The notes under the pieces were generated by a model. The model did no database searches. It was given only the letters and a program-made list of their open reading frames with translations, and was not told the origin of the DNA. A DNA stretch of 61,993 bases, filler included, from Dugesia japonica (lineage: Eukaryota): assembly GCA_001938525.1 (NCBI GenBank). It is 6 parts of 6 records of this genome, joined end to end, with 100 filler letters (N's around TTAATTAATTAA, not from the genome) between each part and the next. Parts side by side here need not be neighbours in the genome. Positions count along the whole stretch, not along the records: positions 1 to 11,291 come from MQRL01599233.1; positions 11,392 to 20,742 come from MQRL01633996.1; 4 more parts are not named here. One strand, 5' to 3'. A program made the position numbers and the translations under genes. Every line of letters starts with the position of its first letter. The stretch's first letter is position 1. Of the stretch, positions 1-12,785 are shown in pieces.

Positions 1-390
1 TTTTATTGATTTGCCACAAAAAAATTCCCCGAATCAATCTGTCTATTTAATTTACCTCACAATAATTATTATAAGTTATATTGATTTTAGGTTTATATTT
101 TTTAATTAAAATTTCTTCATATTTTTTTCTATGAAGTAAAGAAATGTAGTTTGTACATAGTGTTTTCCATATTATGTAATATTTTTCTTGTGAAATTATA
201 CGCATGTGTAGAAGACTTCATTCTTTTTTGTTTTAGATGTTCTTTAATTCTTTAAATTGCTCTACAAGTTTCACGCATATATGGATTTTTATATAGAGTG
301 AATGTTAATCCGTAAGTCACATTTTTAAAATTTTTTATTAATTATATTCAATTCTATTAATTAAATAAATTTATCCAAAGAAAATTACTA

Positions 391-536
391 TTTAATATAA
401 AAGCTTAGATCAAAATTTAGATTTTAATTATTGATATTGGATAACAAATAACAAATTTAATTGAATAACAAATTGATATTTGTTATCCAATATCAATAAT
501 TAAAACCTAAATTTTGATCTAAGCTTTTATATTAAA
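391..536. repeat. Near-perfect inverted repeat (~60-nt arms, ~26-nt spacer); member of a dispersed fold-back/MITE-like repeat family
   Basis: 391-450 TTTAATATAAAAGCTTAGATCAAAATTTAGATTTTAATTATTGATATTGGATAACAAATA is the reverse complement of 477-536 with one mismatch. The arm sequence recurs at ~32568-32598. Confidence 0.85.
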
Positions 537-2746
537 TGAATTCTATAAANNNNNNNNNNNNNNNNNNNNNNNNNNNNNNNNNNNNNNNNNNNNNNNNNNN
601 NNNNNNNNNNNNNNNNNNNNNNNNNNNNNNNNNNNNNNNNNNNNNNNNNNNNNNNNNNNNNNNNNNNNNNNNNNNNNNNNNNNNNNNNNNNNNNNNNNNN
701 NNNNNNNNNNNNNNNNNNTTTATTTTAAATGAATTCCATTAAAAGTTTATAAATTCTACTTTTCCAAAGATTAGCTCTAAAAACGAGTCATCATAATTAG
801 ATTTATCGATTAAATGACAAATTTCTTATTCAAATATTAAAAATATAATTAATATCTTAATCAAGAAATATACTAAATATTTTTCATAAACTTAGTTGTT
901 TAAATTTAATAAATTTAAATAAAAAGATTAAATTATGGAATCAAAATCAATAAGTTACTATTGGAATAATTTGATTGGCTATGTTATCATTAATCTGTTT
1001 TCATTATAAAGTATTTATTATACAAACAGTAGAAAATCAATTCAAATAATTAAATTGCACTGGACATGTCCAAATAAGATTAATGTTTGTAAAATTGATG
1101 ATGTCAGTCATCTAACATTTTTCAACAAAAAAAAATTGTTGAACTTAAAAATAGTGGTTCAACATAGTTGCCGTGAATTTCTGATGAAATTAATCGTCAA
1201 TATAAAAATATAACAAAATCAATATAATTGTTTCAAAATATCAAAATTTGATTATTTATTGTTAAAAATTATCATTAAAATAAAATTAACAAAATTAAAA
1301 TAGTTGATATTATTATAATTTAAAATTTTGAAATAATTAAATATTAATTTATTTTGAAATATTTTAAAATTTTAATTGAACAATAAGATTGATATTGTAT
1401 AATGATCTATAATATGGTTCATATTATAATAAACACAAAAATCATGAGATCTGCTTAGCAACAAAATGACATCCATTGAGTTTTTGAATTAAATGGAAGG
1501 GCGTGTGCTATGTTTGATATAAATTTAAAGTTTATAAGCTTATTTTAGTATAATTTTAATGCCAATACAATTTCTTGTAAAGAAGTGACTTGTGTGTAGA
1601 TTGTAGACCAGAGGTGGGGAACTTGAGGTTTTTGTTAGTATAAATTTTCTACCATTGAACTAGGCTCCAGCTATTATTGAATTCAATACTCCTACAACAC
1701 ATTTGACTTTACTAATTACAATATTACACTGTTTTACTATTACTCAAATTATTTGCGAAAAATATATTATTAAATTTCCAACTTTCATTTATCAGCATTC
1801 AATAATTAATTTCTTATAATTAAAATCTCAAATTTATGAAATTTCCAATTATCTGTCACATTTTTGACAAACCAATTAGATTTTTTTATAAATTCATATT
1901 GAAAAGTGTTAATAAACTATCGATGCATTTTAATTCGTACCTTAATTAATTGTTGGAAATATGATTCTAAGTACTATTTGTTATAGTGATAGCTAATATA
2001 TTGTTAGTTTTTAGTGATTTTTATCGAATTATTTAAATTTTTCTCTCCACACAAAAAAGAAATTTGACGCTGACAATATTCAAACAATAAATTAAATAAC
2101 ATTTATAATTTCCAATGTTGAAATTTTAATTTACACATGATTTACATATACTTTCTTTCGTAATGAATTACAAATTATTCCGTATTTTTACATGTAGACA
2201 ATAAAATAATTGATGAGCTTTACAGTTAAAATAAATATAACTAGTAATATTGANTAATTAAGAAACTCATTGTAATAATTCTACAATCGGTATTACTAAT
2301 TAATTTGCATTTATTTGTATGTATAACTAGTTGAGAAACCCGTATTTATTATGTAATAAAGATGATATATTTGTATTTTGTAGGGTACATCCAGTGTGCG
2401 TAATTTTACTATATTGATTTTCTGTGTTCAATGGCATTCTAAGATTATATAATCAGGTATTCCCAAATAAATTTCACTGCAAAAATATGAGAAAAAATTT
2501 CCATTGTATAATTAATTATGTAATATGTTCTAAATTTGACCACTTCATTTTATTTAAAAATATACATTAATGAAGATATAATAATACATACACTCATAAA
2601 TTAAATGTTTTTTATTTCACACTAAAAATCAGATATTAAAATTATATTTATTATTTTATAAGAAACATATTAATTACTTCATTATTATACTTATCACCTA
2701 GCTACGATCTATGGAGAATTGAATGTTAATTATAAATTAAAAAATA

Positions 2747-3727
2747 TATTGAACCTCAGCCAAAATCATACAAGGGTTTTTAGTATTATACTCCATTTTT
2801 ATCAATTTGATAGTTTTATTTGACATTTAATGTCATGTGTTGTCAACATTGTTTAAGTTTGTAAATTAAAGGTAAATTGTCTAAATATTATTATTTAAAA
2901 TGAAACAAACCACAATAGAAGAAAAATAATAATACATAATTTCTAAAATTGTAAAAAATTGAGAGATTGCATAAATATTTAATATTAACATTAACACAGT
3001 ACAATAAATTATAAAACTTATAAAGCTGAACATCAAATTGTAAACAAACCTAATACGGCTCATAATAAAAAATTACTACATTATAAGAAAAATTCAAAGA
3101 GCCCATGATAAGTTTACCAAAAATATTTCAAGAAATGAGTATTAGAATAAATTGGGCATATCCAACAGTTTTCTGTTTAATGCAGACAGCGATCCTAAAG
3201 ATTTTTCATTACTTGTTAAATAGTATCTATTATATAAAGTTCCAAAAGTTATGACAACCCCTTTCAATCACTAGATTTAAATGTAATAGAAAATTTGTGG
3301 GAGCACTTGNACAGAAATATTCGTTTACATCGAATTTCAAATAAAAATAATTTTAAGAGTCATTTCTGAATAATAGAGGAAAATCGACAAAACTGCAGCA
3401 TCAAATTTAGTTCAATCAATGCCAAAACGATTATATGCTATCAGACAAAGTTGGGGATACCCAATAAAATATTAAAAAATTATTCATTTTTACTTAGTAG
3501 TTATTTAGTGTTACTGTTCGATTTTGGGTTTGAGGTATAAATTATTTTTCAAATTTATTTTTGATATTTAATTTCTCAGCAATTATAATTAAATCATAAA
3601 ATTTATGTTTTTCAAAACTACATGTTAAAGTGTTTATTATCATTAAATAATTTTAGTATTTAACCGTTTTTAATGCATAATAAATATGAATTTATAATAG
3701 GTCTACGACTTTGGCTGAAACTCACTG
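2747..3727 (+). mobile_element. Degenerate Tc1-like DNA transposon
   Basis: Imperfect TIRs (TATTGAACCTCAGCCAAAATCATAC / GTCTACGACTTTGGCTGAAACTCACTG) flanked by TA. Transposase remnants at ~3170-3470 include PFQSLDLNVIENLWEHL (Tc1 SPDLNPIENLW motif) and SMPKRLYAI. Multiple stops and frameshifts. Confidence 0.75.
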
Positions 3728-4015
3728 TATAAAAATTAGTCTCTTCACGTTAGTGCTCTGATGAAATTAAATGGAAAATAACAAATTTATTTTTCCAAAA
3801 AATTAGTCACAATTTTTGCTACTAATTTCAAAATATTGTTAAGAAAATCCAAAAACATAATTTTTACTGATATATTGTATTATCAAGCAATCAAGTATTA
3901 GTAGCGATATTTTTTAAGAATTTATATCAACCTTATAATTTTGCACATAAGGTTGCACATCTTTTGCATTTTTCAAATATTAATAAAATAAGAAATTTAT
4001 AATAAAAAGTATTAA

Positions 4016-4742
4016 CACTAGAATTACCGAGTACGCCATTCTAAGGGTTTTCGGACATTTTCTGTAGTACGTTTGTTATATAAAGGAGATATTGAATAAA
4101 CTACAATCTTCATATGGCTATCCCAAAATTACATGCTATAACTATTTTTATTTTATTTAATTTTTTTTCGAATTATTTTTTTAAAAAATCAAGGCGACAC
4201 AATAATTGTCAATTGTATTTCAAATGTGATAGTTATTGAAACGTGCATTCTGTGAAAAAAGTATAAAATTATTTTCACAACGAATTAATTATTATTTTTG
4301 AGATATCCATGAAAATTATAAAACGATTTACAAAGAGGAATAAATTATTGGAAGAATTGAATAAGCATAATATTATAAATCAAGACAATTTGGACACTAG
4401 TTCAAGTAATAATGATTTAAACATGTCATGTAAAAAATATAACTGCATTTTCAGACTGACTAAATATCGAAAACAGGAAGATGAAGATTTAGACTGAGGA
4501 GAAAATTTCACAAACCCACAAATATAGAAAGAAAATGAAAGTTTCTTCACATGGTTGGTGGATAGTTGTATTGGTCTGATTCAAGGACTTTGGTCCTTGA
4601 ATTGCTTATCCGAAGCGAACATTGTGCAAAGTAAAGTTAATAGTGGATTACAACGTTTAATTAACAGTATGAGTACCATAAAAGCTTGCACTAAAGATTA
4701 TATAAATATAAATATAAATATAAAAGACATGTAGTTCTAGTG
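4016..4742 (+). mobile_element. Non-autonomous piggyBac-like element
   Basis: TTAA then CACTAGAATTAC at the left end; GTAGTTCTAGTG at the right end (11/12 TIR match), followed by a degenerate TTTA. Contains a short acidic ORF (4309-4497) resembling a transposase N-terminus. Confidence 0.5.
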
Positions 4743-4911
4743 TTTATAAATACATCAATAGCGAATGCATTAAAAAAACAATATTAATATTAATATTAAT
4801 ATAAAATTAATACTAAATCAACTTTGAAATAAAATGAAACTAACAATCAGAAAATNNNNNNNNNNNNNNNNNNNNNNNNNNNNNNNNNNNNNNNNNNNNN
4901 NNNNNNNNNNN

Positions 4912-4956
<45 letters not shown>
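4912..4956. repeat. (AAT)n microsatellite abutting a gap
   Basis: Direct reading. A second (AAT)n lies at ~8103-8118. Confidence 0.95.
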
Positions 4957-4957
<1 letters not shown>

Positions 4958-7213
4958 TGAAGAAGCATTAATTTTATACAAAAATTATTTATATGTATGT
5001 TTTCACCATATTTTAAAATCATATACAATGTTTAATATTTTCTTTAATATTATTTAGTATTTATCCAAAGTAACTATATATTGTTAATTAATAAAAATTT
5101 TTAATTCCACTTTAAAGTGATTGTTTAAATATCGTATATTATATTAGAACCCTTCACCAAGCTATCAAAAATATTCAATCATGAAATTTTAAAAATTTGA
5201 AGCCAAGCAGTTCTCTGAAATTCTTTGAGAAAAGTTTTAATTTTAAAACACTGCATTTTCAAAATAATTTTGAAAATATATGCCCAGAAAATTTTTTTTT
5301 CTAGAAAGAGTTCATATCGATTTTACAAAATGTAAATTTTCTTACTATTGCATATTTTCCTATCCCAGAAATGAACTTTATTTTTATAATTTGATAACAA
5401 GTTAAGAAAATTAAAAATACTCAGATAATAACAATTTTAACAACAAATTATTTTCTTTGAAATCAATTAACCATTTACGTAAAGAAATCAATTTAACCAT
5501 TTTTACTTTTTGGACATTGTAAAATTTTAAAATTATAAATTTTGGAATTTATTTGGAATGAATTTCACATAAAATTTTTACAAAGCGAGANNNNNNNNNN
5601 NNNNNNNNNNNNNNNNNNNNNNNNNNNNNNNNNNNNNNNNNNAAATTAATTTTAATATTCTCAAATTTTATCCAAAACTTATAATAAAAAGAATACAAAC
5701 AATTACAATATTGTACTTAGAAATTATCTTTTCGATTATTTTGAGGAAATGAATTATGAAATAATTAATTGTAAAATGAAAATTTATATTTTGAATACAT
5801 AGCTCATAATATGACGTCCTCAATTAAATAAATATTGTATAAATTATGAAATTATCTTCTATCTGAAATTCAGTGTACGTAAGAAATTATTTGAGCAACT
5901 GTTTTTTAGCACAATGAATTCGGCTATATTGCGTCACAGATACATTGCTGCAGCCAGGCATTTTTTTTGTAAATTTCGCGCAAATTTAGTCATTAAAATT
6001 GTAAAAAAATTAAAAACTACGTTTTTAAAGAAACTTTGATTCTTTTAAATTCAAATATATAAGAAATAAATATATGAAACACGTTTCACTTTGTATTTTG
6101 TGGGATAAACACACATTAAAGATAACTGAATAATAAAATAAACAAATAATAAAAAATTATTATAGAAAGAAACCAGCATAGTATATATACTAGCATATTG
6201 AAGTGATACAAACAACATACGAACTTATGATGACTAATATGTGTATATCGCATTTTCTCAACCACAAGTCTAAAAAAACCTAATTTTTCGTGATCCGTGC
6301 TCTAGTAATAATTTGCGAAATAGGTGTTTCAACGACAATGTGTTAATGTAAATATTTGGCAGATGATGATCATGTAGCTTTATAATCGATTAAATTTATA
6401 TTTTCAAAATTGGTAGTTTGTTACCTTATGAAATTTGAATATCTTAATTAAGGTAGATAGATGGAATTCATTAAAACAAAAATAACAACTAATAAAATGA
6501 TTATCACTTATCAATTTTTCAATATAAAGTAAAATTAAATATTAAAAAATCTGTATCAGTAAATGAATATTTGTTTTCTGTACGGTTAATAATATCTTTT
6601 AATGATTATAATTATTTCTCGAATAATTGTTGAACTTAAATACTTAATTCAATTTTCAATAACAAGTAAAAAATAACATGCTTAATTTTTATTTTTTTAA
6701 AGTTTCAATAAATTTAAAAGCGGAAATCAACAAATTTTCCCTTAATTTTTTTGTAAGAAATCCGAATTTTTGAAAATAGTCTACTTCATGGATAATAATT
6801 AAAAGTGCAATAATTTAAAAGTATATTGCAGATTAAATGTATTTGATCTACGTTTTTTAATTTATTGAAATTTTAGAAATGAAATCAATGATTAAGCACA
6901 CCAATTATTTTTTATAATCATTATAATTGTAAAACTTTTTTTTACTTTTCTAAATTTTCGATGTTTTCTCTCTAAACAAGAATACTGTCAAAAAATCAGT
7001 AATATAAAAAGTAATCAAGAAAATTAGACAATTTGATTTATCATTAATATTATAATTTTGTATAAAATATAACAAACAAGGATATTTTGGATACAAAACT
7101 AACAAACTCCAACATAAAATAAAGTTTTTAGCAATTAAATTATTAATTAATCTATATTTTTAAATAGAGAATATTATATAAAATATAAAAAAAAAATATG
7201 GTCCAATACTTAC

Positions 7214-7522
7214 TTGGATGATGAGGAAACCGACCACAGTTTCAATGGACGAAGGAGAAAAACGACCTAATAAATGTTGAGCTTGAATTAAATCTTTTAA
7301 AGGCGACCGACAAAGTTCATTGCTGTGTGTGGTATAAAATGGCAATAATTTCAAACTTAATGAAAGACAACGTGGTTCATATCGTCTTGGAGGTTGGCCT
7401 TCTTTAGATGACCGAGCTATCTCTCTGAAACTTGTAGCTGAACTTGTCGCAAGGTCTAAAAATCCACCAACAGGTTTTGTAACAACTCCAACAATACCTT
7501 TTAAAGCACCAATAACTAGTCC
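7214..7522 (-). CDS. VPS13D: VPS13D-like, next exon (after a 52-nt phase-0 intron, 7523-7574)
   Basis: aag| acceptor, |gtaagt donor. Translates GLVIGALKGIVGVVTKPVGGFLDLATSSATSFREIA...PPRRYEPRC...LLPFY, i.e. the VPS13 GxVTKPVxGxLD and RxRxPR motifs, in frame with the previous exon. Confidence 0.88.
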
Positions 7523-7574
7523 CTTGATTTTTGAAAAATAAACAACTGATAATTGAATGACATATTACACTTAC

Positions 7575-8029
7575 AGAAGGACCTTCATCTTTATAACCTT
7601 TATCCATTTGAGTGGGTACAGACTTCAGACTACCCAATATACCATAAGCTAAACTTTTAAATCCAGCTTTAACATGAGCAGTATTACTGCCAGAAATTCT
7701 AGCATTTTCGAAAAGCCGCTGTCTCCTCTCTTCATATTCAGGATCCATTGTAATTTCTGATAGAACTTTAGAAGCTGAACTACATATTTTGGCAGTACTA
7801 TCCCCTATTCCATGAGAAAAATGCTTCACCATATCATATACATCTTGATCAGAATATAACCTTTTCATTCCAGTTGTGATATCAGAAATAAATCCAATAG
7901 GGTTACCAAGAAAGTCAACTGAACCAAAAATCTTCATGGCTTGACTTCTTAATTGAGTTTCATAATGATGTACTATACTCCGTAAAATAAGATTGCTTGT
8001 TTCAAATACGTGATTCCGGTCGTAGGCAC
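7575..8029 (-). CDS. VPS13D: VPS13D-like lipid transfer protein, internal exon (C-terminal VPS13_C/ATG2_C region)
   Basis: Acceptor ctgtatag|, donor |gtaagt. Translates AYDRNHVFETSNLILRSIVHHYETQLRSQAMKIFGSVDFLGNPIGFISDITTG...HVKAGFKSLAYGILGSLKSVPTQMDKGYKDEGPS, matching the VPS13D signature ILGSVDFLGNP. Confidence 0.9.
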
Positions 8030-10252
8030 CTATACAGAATATTCATAACCAATAATCGAAGTTGAATTTATAATNNNNNNNNNNNNNNNNNNNNNNNNNN
8101 NNATAATAATAATAATAACTAAGGTAATATGTAAACTGATAATTTGAACCCTATTACCCTTTACCTACTAACACATCATTGCACATTGCTCAAATACATA
8201 TAACAAATTACTGAAATAACAAAATAAGACATTCAGAAACTATGGTATAGAACAATGCTGTACAACCAACGGCCCACGGAGTCTTTTAATCCGGTCCGTT
8301 CACTTTGGTTTGAAATTTAAAATGTTTCGCTAGTTAAAATATTTTTGTAATATGGATATCGAAAACAAGAACACTACTAACAGATGAACATCAGAGCTGC
8401 ATTTTAATAATTGCTAAATAAAAAATATCGGCAGATATTGAAAAATTATGTATTTTGATTCATTAAATCTTTCAACTTGATTATGTTAAGTAGCTTTTAA
8501 ATTCTATTTTTATTTTATTTTGTTTAAATAAATAAAGTGTTATCAAATTATGTNNNNNNNNNNNNNNNAAAAAAACAAACATATAGTAAGTATATACCAT
8601 ATAAAAACCAATTTTGCGATTTGGAACGAAATTCTCATTTTAAAGTCTTCTACAACACCATTTCTTACAACTCGGGATTTTTAACGAACCTATAAATTTA
8701 ATCGATATCTTATTTATTCTTATTAATAATTTCTTTAAGTAACTAAAATCGATCAAGTAATAATGACATTTAATTAATTCTTTTAACTTTTAACTATCAT
8801 TTATAGCGCATATTAAGATATTTTTTTGTAAAATTTTTATATATAAGAAATAAATCGATGTATATATTTTTATAATCAAATTTAAAAAATATAAAAATTG
8901 TTTAGGTTATTAAATTTATGATTTTTTTTGTATTAAAGCCTCAATTCGGGATCACATAAAAAAATCAAATATTTTTACTGGTTATTTACAGGTAAACCGG
9001 TAAATAAAATATATATTTTTATCATTAACTGCTAAAAGTAAATTGGCAGTAAATTGCAATCCATAGTTTAAATGAAATATATTTAAATTTAATTATTAAT
9101 TTTATCTGTCGAGGATAGTAGATAGATTGTTGCGCATGAGCCCAACCCACTCTCACCGATGAAGTGTTTTAGAAATTTGGTTTATATCCGGTTTTTACAA
9201 TGCACAAGAATTAAGAATTAAATTAAGCACTAATAATATAAATGTAACTAAATAAAATAGATGTAACTAAATAATATAGATGTAACATTACATATAACCA
9301 AACTGAGCCTTCAGAGTAATGACAGATTACTTGTATTGTAATGTAAGTAGCAAAACATCTCGTAAAAAGTATATATAACAACTGCTTTTTTTGCAATTAA
9401 AAATTCATCCACAAGAAAACAATGCTAACGGGAGGAAGTCAAAATTTAGATTATTATTTATTTATTTTAATTACTCTTTCTATAATAAATATATAATGTA
9501 TATAAATTTTAAAGAATTGAAATCTATATCTTTATAATTTATCTATATTTAGATTATATTCATTAAAAAAAATAATATTTGCAAATATTTATATTATAAC
9601 AAATTCCTTTCACCTTGAAATGGATACACATACTACTACTATTCCATAAATTTACAAATGACAAAAATACTGAGCAGAAAATAAATATTAATTAGTCAAC
9701 ACGATTGGAATTATCCATTAAGCCCCTTCTTATTGCTCAAGATCTGTAAACAACATCAAATTTGATAAAAAATATATTTCTGCTTTGAAAATGGAAAAAC
9801 TATTTACGAAGCTAGAAGAATAGGTACAATAAATGAAAAAACAGAATAATTTATATTAATTCAATAAAAAAATGTAATGGGAAAAGATCAACTAAAATAA
9901 ACGATTCAATATTGAATAAAATTGTATAAATACTTGAAATAAAGTATATTCGTGAACAAATATTTGATAAAGAAAGATATAAGGGATTAAAAATTGAAAA
10001 TCAGATTAAAATCAGACCAAGCAGCATATATTAAGGTANNNNNNNNNNNNNNNNNNNNNNNNNNNNNNNNNNNNNNNNNNNNNNNNNNNNNNNNNNNNNN
10101 NNNNNNNNNNNNNNNNNNNNNNNNNNNNNNNNNNNNNNNNNNNNNNNNNNNNNNNNNNNNNNNNNNNNNNNNNNNNNNNNNNNNNNNNNNNNNNNNNNNN
10201 NNNNNNNNNNNNNNNNNNNNNNNNNNNNNNNNNNNNNNNNNNNNNNNNNNNN

Positions 10253-10530
10253 ACACCAAATATAAATTTTTTTCCCGCGGCACACCAATTTTTTTTCATT
10301 CAATCTGTTTTAAATACTTGTTCATTACTTGTTCATTACTACTAATTGTAGTACACTGTATATTATCAAAAAAATCTAGAATTTTTCTAGATTCCAGAAA
10401 AAAATTTATATTTTGGTGTGCCGCAGACTAAAAACGTTTGCGAGACACTGTTCTANATTCTAGAACTTTATTAACATTTAAAATCTCTTGCGACAGACTG
10501 TGCCGCGGCAAACAATTTGCGAGACAGTCT
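10253..10530. mobile_element. hAT-type MITE remnant
   Basis: Repeated (TGTG)CCGCGGCAC motifs and inverted ACCAAATATAAATTTTTT / AAAAAATTTATATTTTGGT. Truncated by a gap. Confidence 0.4.
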
Positions 10531-10599
10531 CATATCCTTCTTCCTAAGAAACTAAATTTTCCACATTTCTCTCCAATCGTTTTCCATTTTCTTTTTTTT

Positions 10600-11291
10600 A
10601 AAACTGTCTTTCATGAATTTTCTCAATTATTCGATAAGGACCTTCAAATCTGTCTTGGCTTCAATTTCTTGTTTATACCTTGATGAGGAGATAATCTACT
10701 ACTTTGAATTCTCTATTAGTAGTCATTTCTAAAATTTCACTTTCGTTCTCTCTGAAATATCTGACTTGTTTTCCCTGTTAATTTCTTTTCCAAATACGAT
10801 TTCAGCCAAGCTCTTTTCAGTCGTCTTCTGCTTTGTTGCATTTATCGTAAATTCTATTACCGGAGATAGGTTTGCCCAATCTGTTGTCCTTCTACCCGGA
10901 AGTGCTGCACTAATTAAATCTCGAATTGTCCTAAACCATCTTTAAATTGTTACTTTTCCGAATCCAGTAGTCTTCGGTTTATCTATTCCTCCAATTAAAT
11001 CTGGTGTCTCTTTTTCTGCAATTAAGAAAGTAATCTGTCTACAAACTTCATTAATTGTCACTCCAGTTCTAACTTTCCCAACAATTTCAAATGTACTATC
11101 GTTTGAACAACACAATCGTTCATCGCTCAATTCTAAATGTAGTTCTCATTATTTATATAAACAACTCGAACTCAACGTTAATTTGAGCTCCTGTATTTAA
11201 AAAAACATTCAACTTAATCTCCTTTGGCATTTATGGTACGAAATATTTGTTTTATTTTCTTCTTCAATTGTTCTAATTCATTCTATTTTTC
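10600..11291 (-). pseudogene. Degenerate LTR-retrotransposon protease/pol fragment
   Basis: ORF 10942-11130 (CSNDSTFEIVGKVRTGVTINEVCRQITFLIAEKETPDLIGGID) resembles the C-terminal half of a retropepsin. Confidence 0.45.
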
Positions 11292-11391
11292 NNNNNNNNN
11301 NNNNNNNNNNNNNNNNNNNNNNNNNNNNNNNNNNNTTAATTAATTAANNNNNNNNNNNNNNNNNNNNNNNNNNNNNNNNNNNNNNNNNNNN
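11292..11391. other. Artificial contig-joining spacer N44-TTAATTAATTAA-N44
   Basis: Exactly 100 nt; the central 12-mer puts stop codons in all six frames; occurs 5 times identically. Confidence 0.95.
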
Positions 11392-11403
11392 TTAAACTTT
11401 GAC

Positions 11404-12700
11404 ATGTTTCTAACTATAGAACAAGGAATCCGAGGAGGATTTTCAGGAGTATGTGGTAATCGACATGTAGTAGCTGATGAATTTTACACCTTAAAATGTC
11501 TTGATGAGAATAGTTTATATGCTGCATCGATGACAAAACGATTACCTTGGGGTGAAAAGAGTTGGGATAATGACAAAACTTATGTCAGAACTAATGATAA
11601 TTACACAATAGTAGATGGCGAAAAGATTTATATGGATTATATTTATACAGTTGATTTAATATATCCAAAAAGTATTAAAGAAAAAAGTAAATATTATCCA
11701 TTTGCTGTAGATAAACAATCAGTTAGTTATGATGAATTAAGTGATTATCAAAAGGATTTATTGAAAAAAGCTAATCAGAAACAATCTAAATATGAAAAAT
11801 TAATCATGAATCAAAAAAAAAAATTTAATTATGTAGTTTTGGGTCAAGTTCTGGATTTTTACATTGATCAAGGAATGATTCTTTCCAATGTTCATAGTAA
11901 AATAAACATTCCAACTAAATATTGGCTTAAAGATTACATAATTTCAAATATTAATTCAAGAGATGAGGCAAAAGCTAATAATAATGACTTTGGAAATTCA
12001 TTTTTCAAACTATTAAACAATGCATTCTTTTGCAAGACTTTGGAAAATGTAAGAAAAAGGATTAATTTATTCTTAGCAAAGAGTAAAAAAGAAATATTAA
12101 ATCAAGTTGCAAAGCCAGAATATAGATCATCTACTATAATTAATGAAGAAGTAGCATTAATAAAAACATTTAAACATTTAATTATGTACAACAAATTTCA
12201 ATATATAGGATTCTTTGTATTAGATTATGCAAAATTAATNNNNNNNNNNNNNNNNNNNNNNNNNNNNNNNNNNNNNNNNNNNNNNNNNNTATGCAAAATT
12301 AATCATGTATGATTTTGTATATAATCAATTAAATGTATTAATTCCTAATGCTTTAAACAATGATCTAGATAATGAACAATGGAGAATTCATTATAGTGAT
12401 ACAGATTGAATTAATGTATAATGATTGAATTTATACATTTTAATCAATCTTGGAAAGAATTTTCGGAAAAAACTAAAATTAAAGATTTATTTATGTTACT
12501 AATTTATTACAAATGAAGGATGAATATCCTAATGAAATAATTAAAGAAGCATTTTTCATAAAGGCTAAATCATATTATCTAGTTAAAGAAAGTAAGGACT
12601 TAAAGAAACATAAAGGAGTAAGTAACACAAATAACTTTACATCAGAACAATATAGAAATGTTTTGTATAATAATTCAACAATAACAGGAACTAATTGTAT
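11404..12700 (+). pseudogene. Protein-primed family B DNA polymerase (Polinton/Maverick/adintovirus-type), C-terminal polymerase domain, disrupted
   Basis: Motifs IRGG, DENSLY (motif A), FFKLLNNAFFCKTLEN (motif B), WRIHYSDTD* at ~12380-12409 (motif C followed by a stop), then KAKSY and KHKGV in ORF 12513. The 5' part is cut by the contig end. Confidence 0.88.
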
Positions 12701-12701
12701 T

Positions 12702-12785
12702 GCGCAAAACTACAACCTACAAGCGCAAAACTATAACCTACAAGCGCAAAACTATAACCTACAAGCGCAAAACTATTACCTACAA
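12702..12785 (+). repeat. 21-nt tandem repeat x4 (GCGCAAAACTATAACCTACAA)
   Basis: Direct reading; gives AQNYNLQ repeats in ORF 12513. Confidence 0.95.

Noticed and set aside
9107-9412. Possible solo LTR (TG...CA with internal ~20-nt tandem repeats)
   Set aside because: No matching TSD or partner copy in the window; cannot be supported.
12702-12785. CRISPR-like arrays (also 55286-55550)
   Set aside because: Head-to-tail repeats without unique spacers; eukaryotic context.
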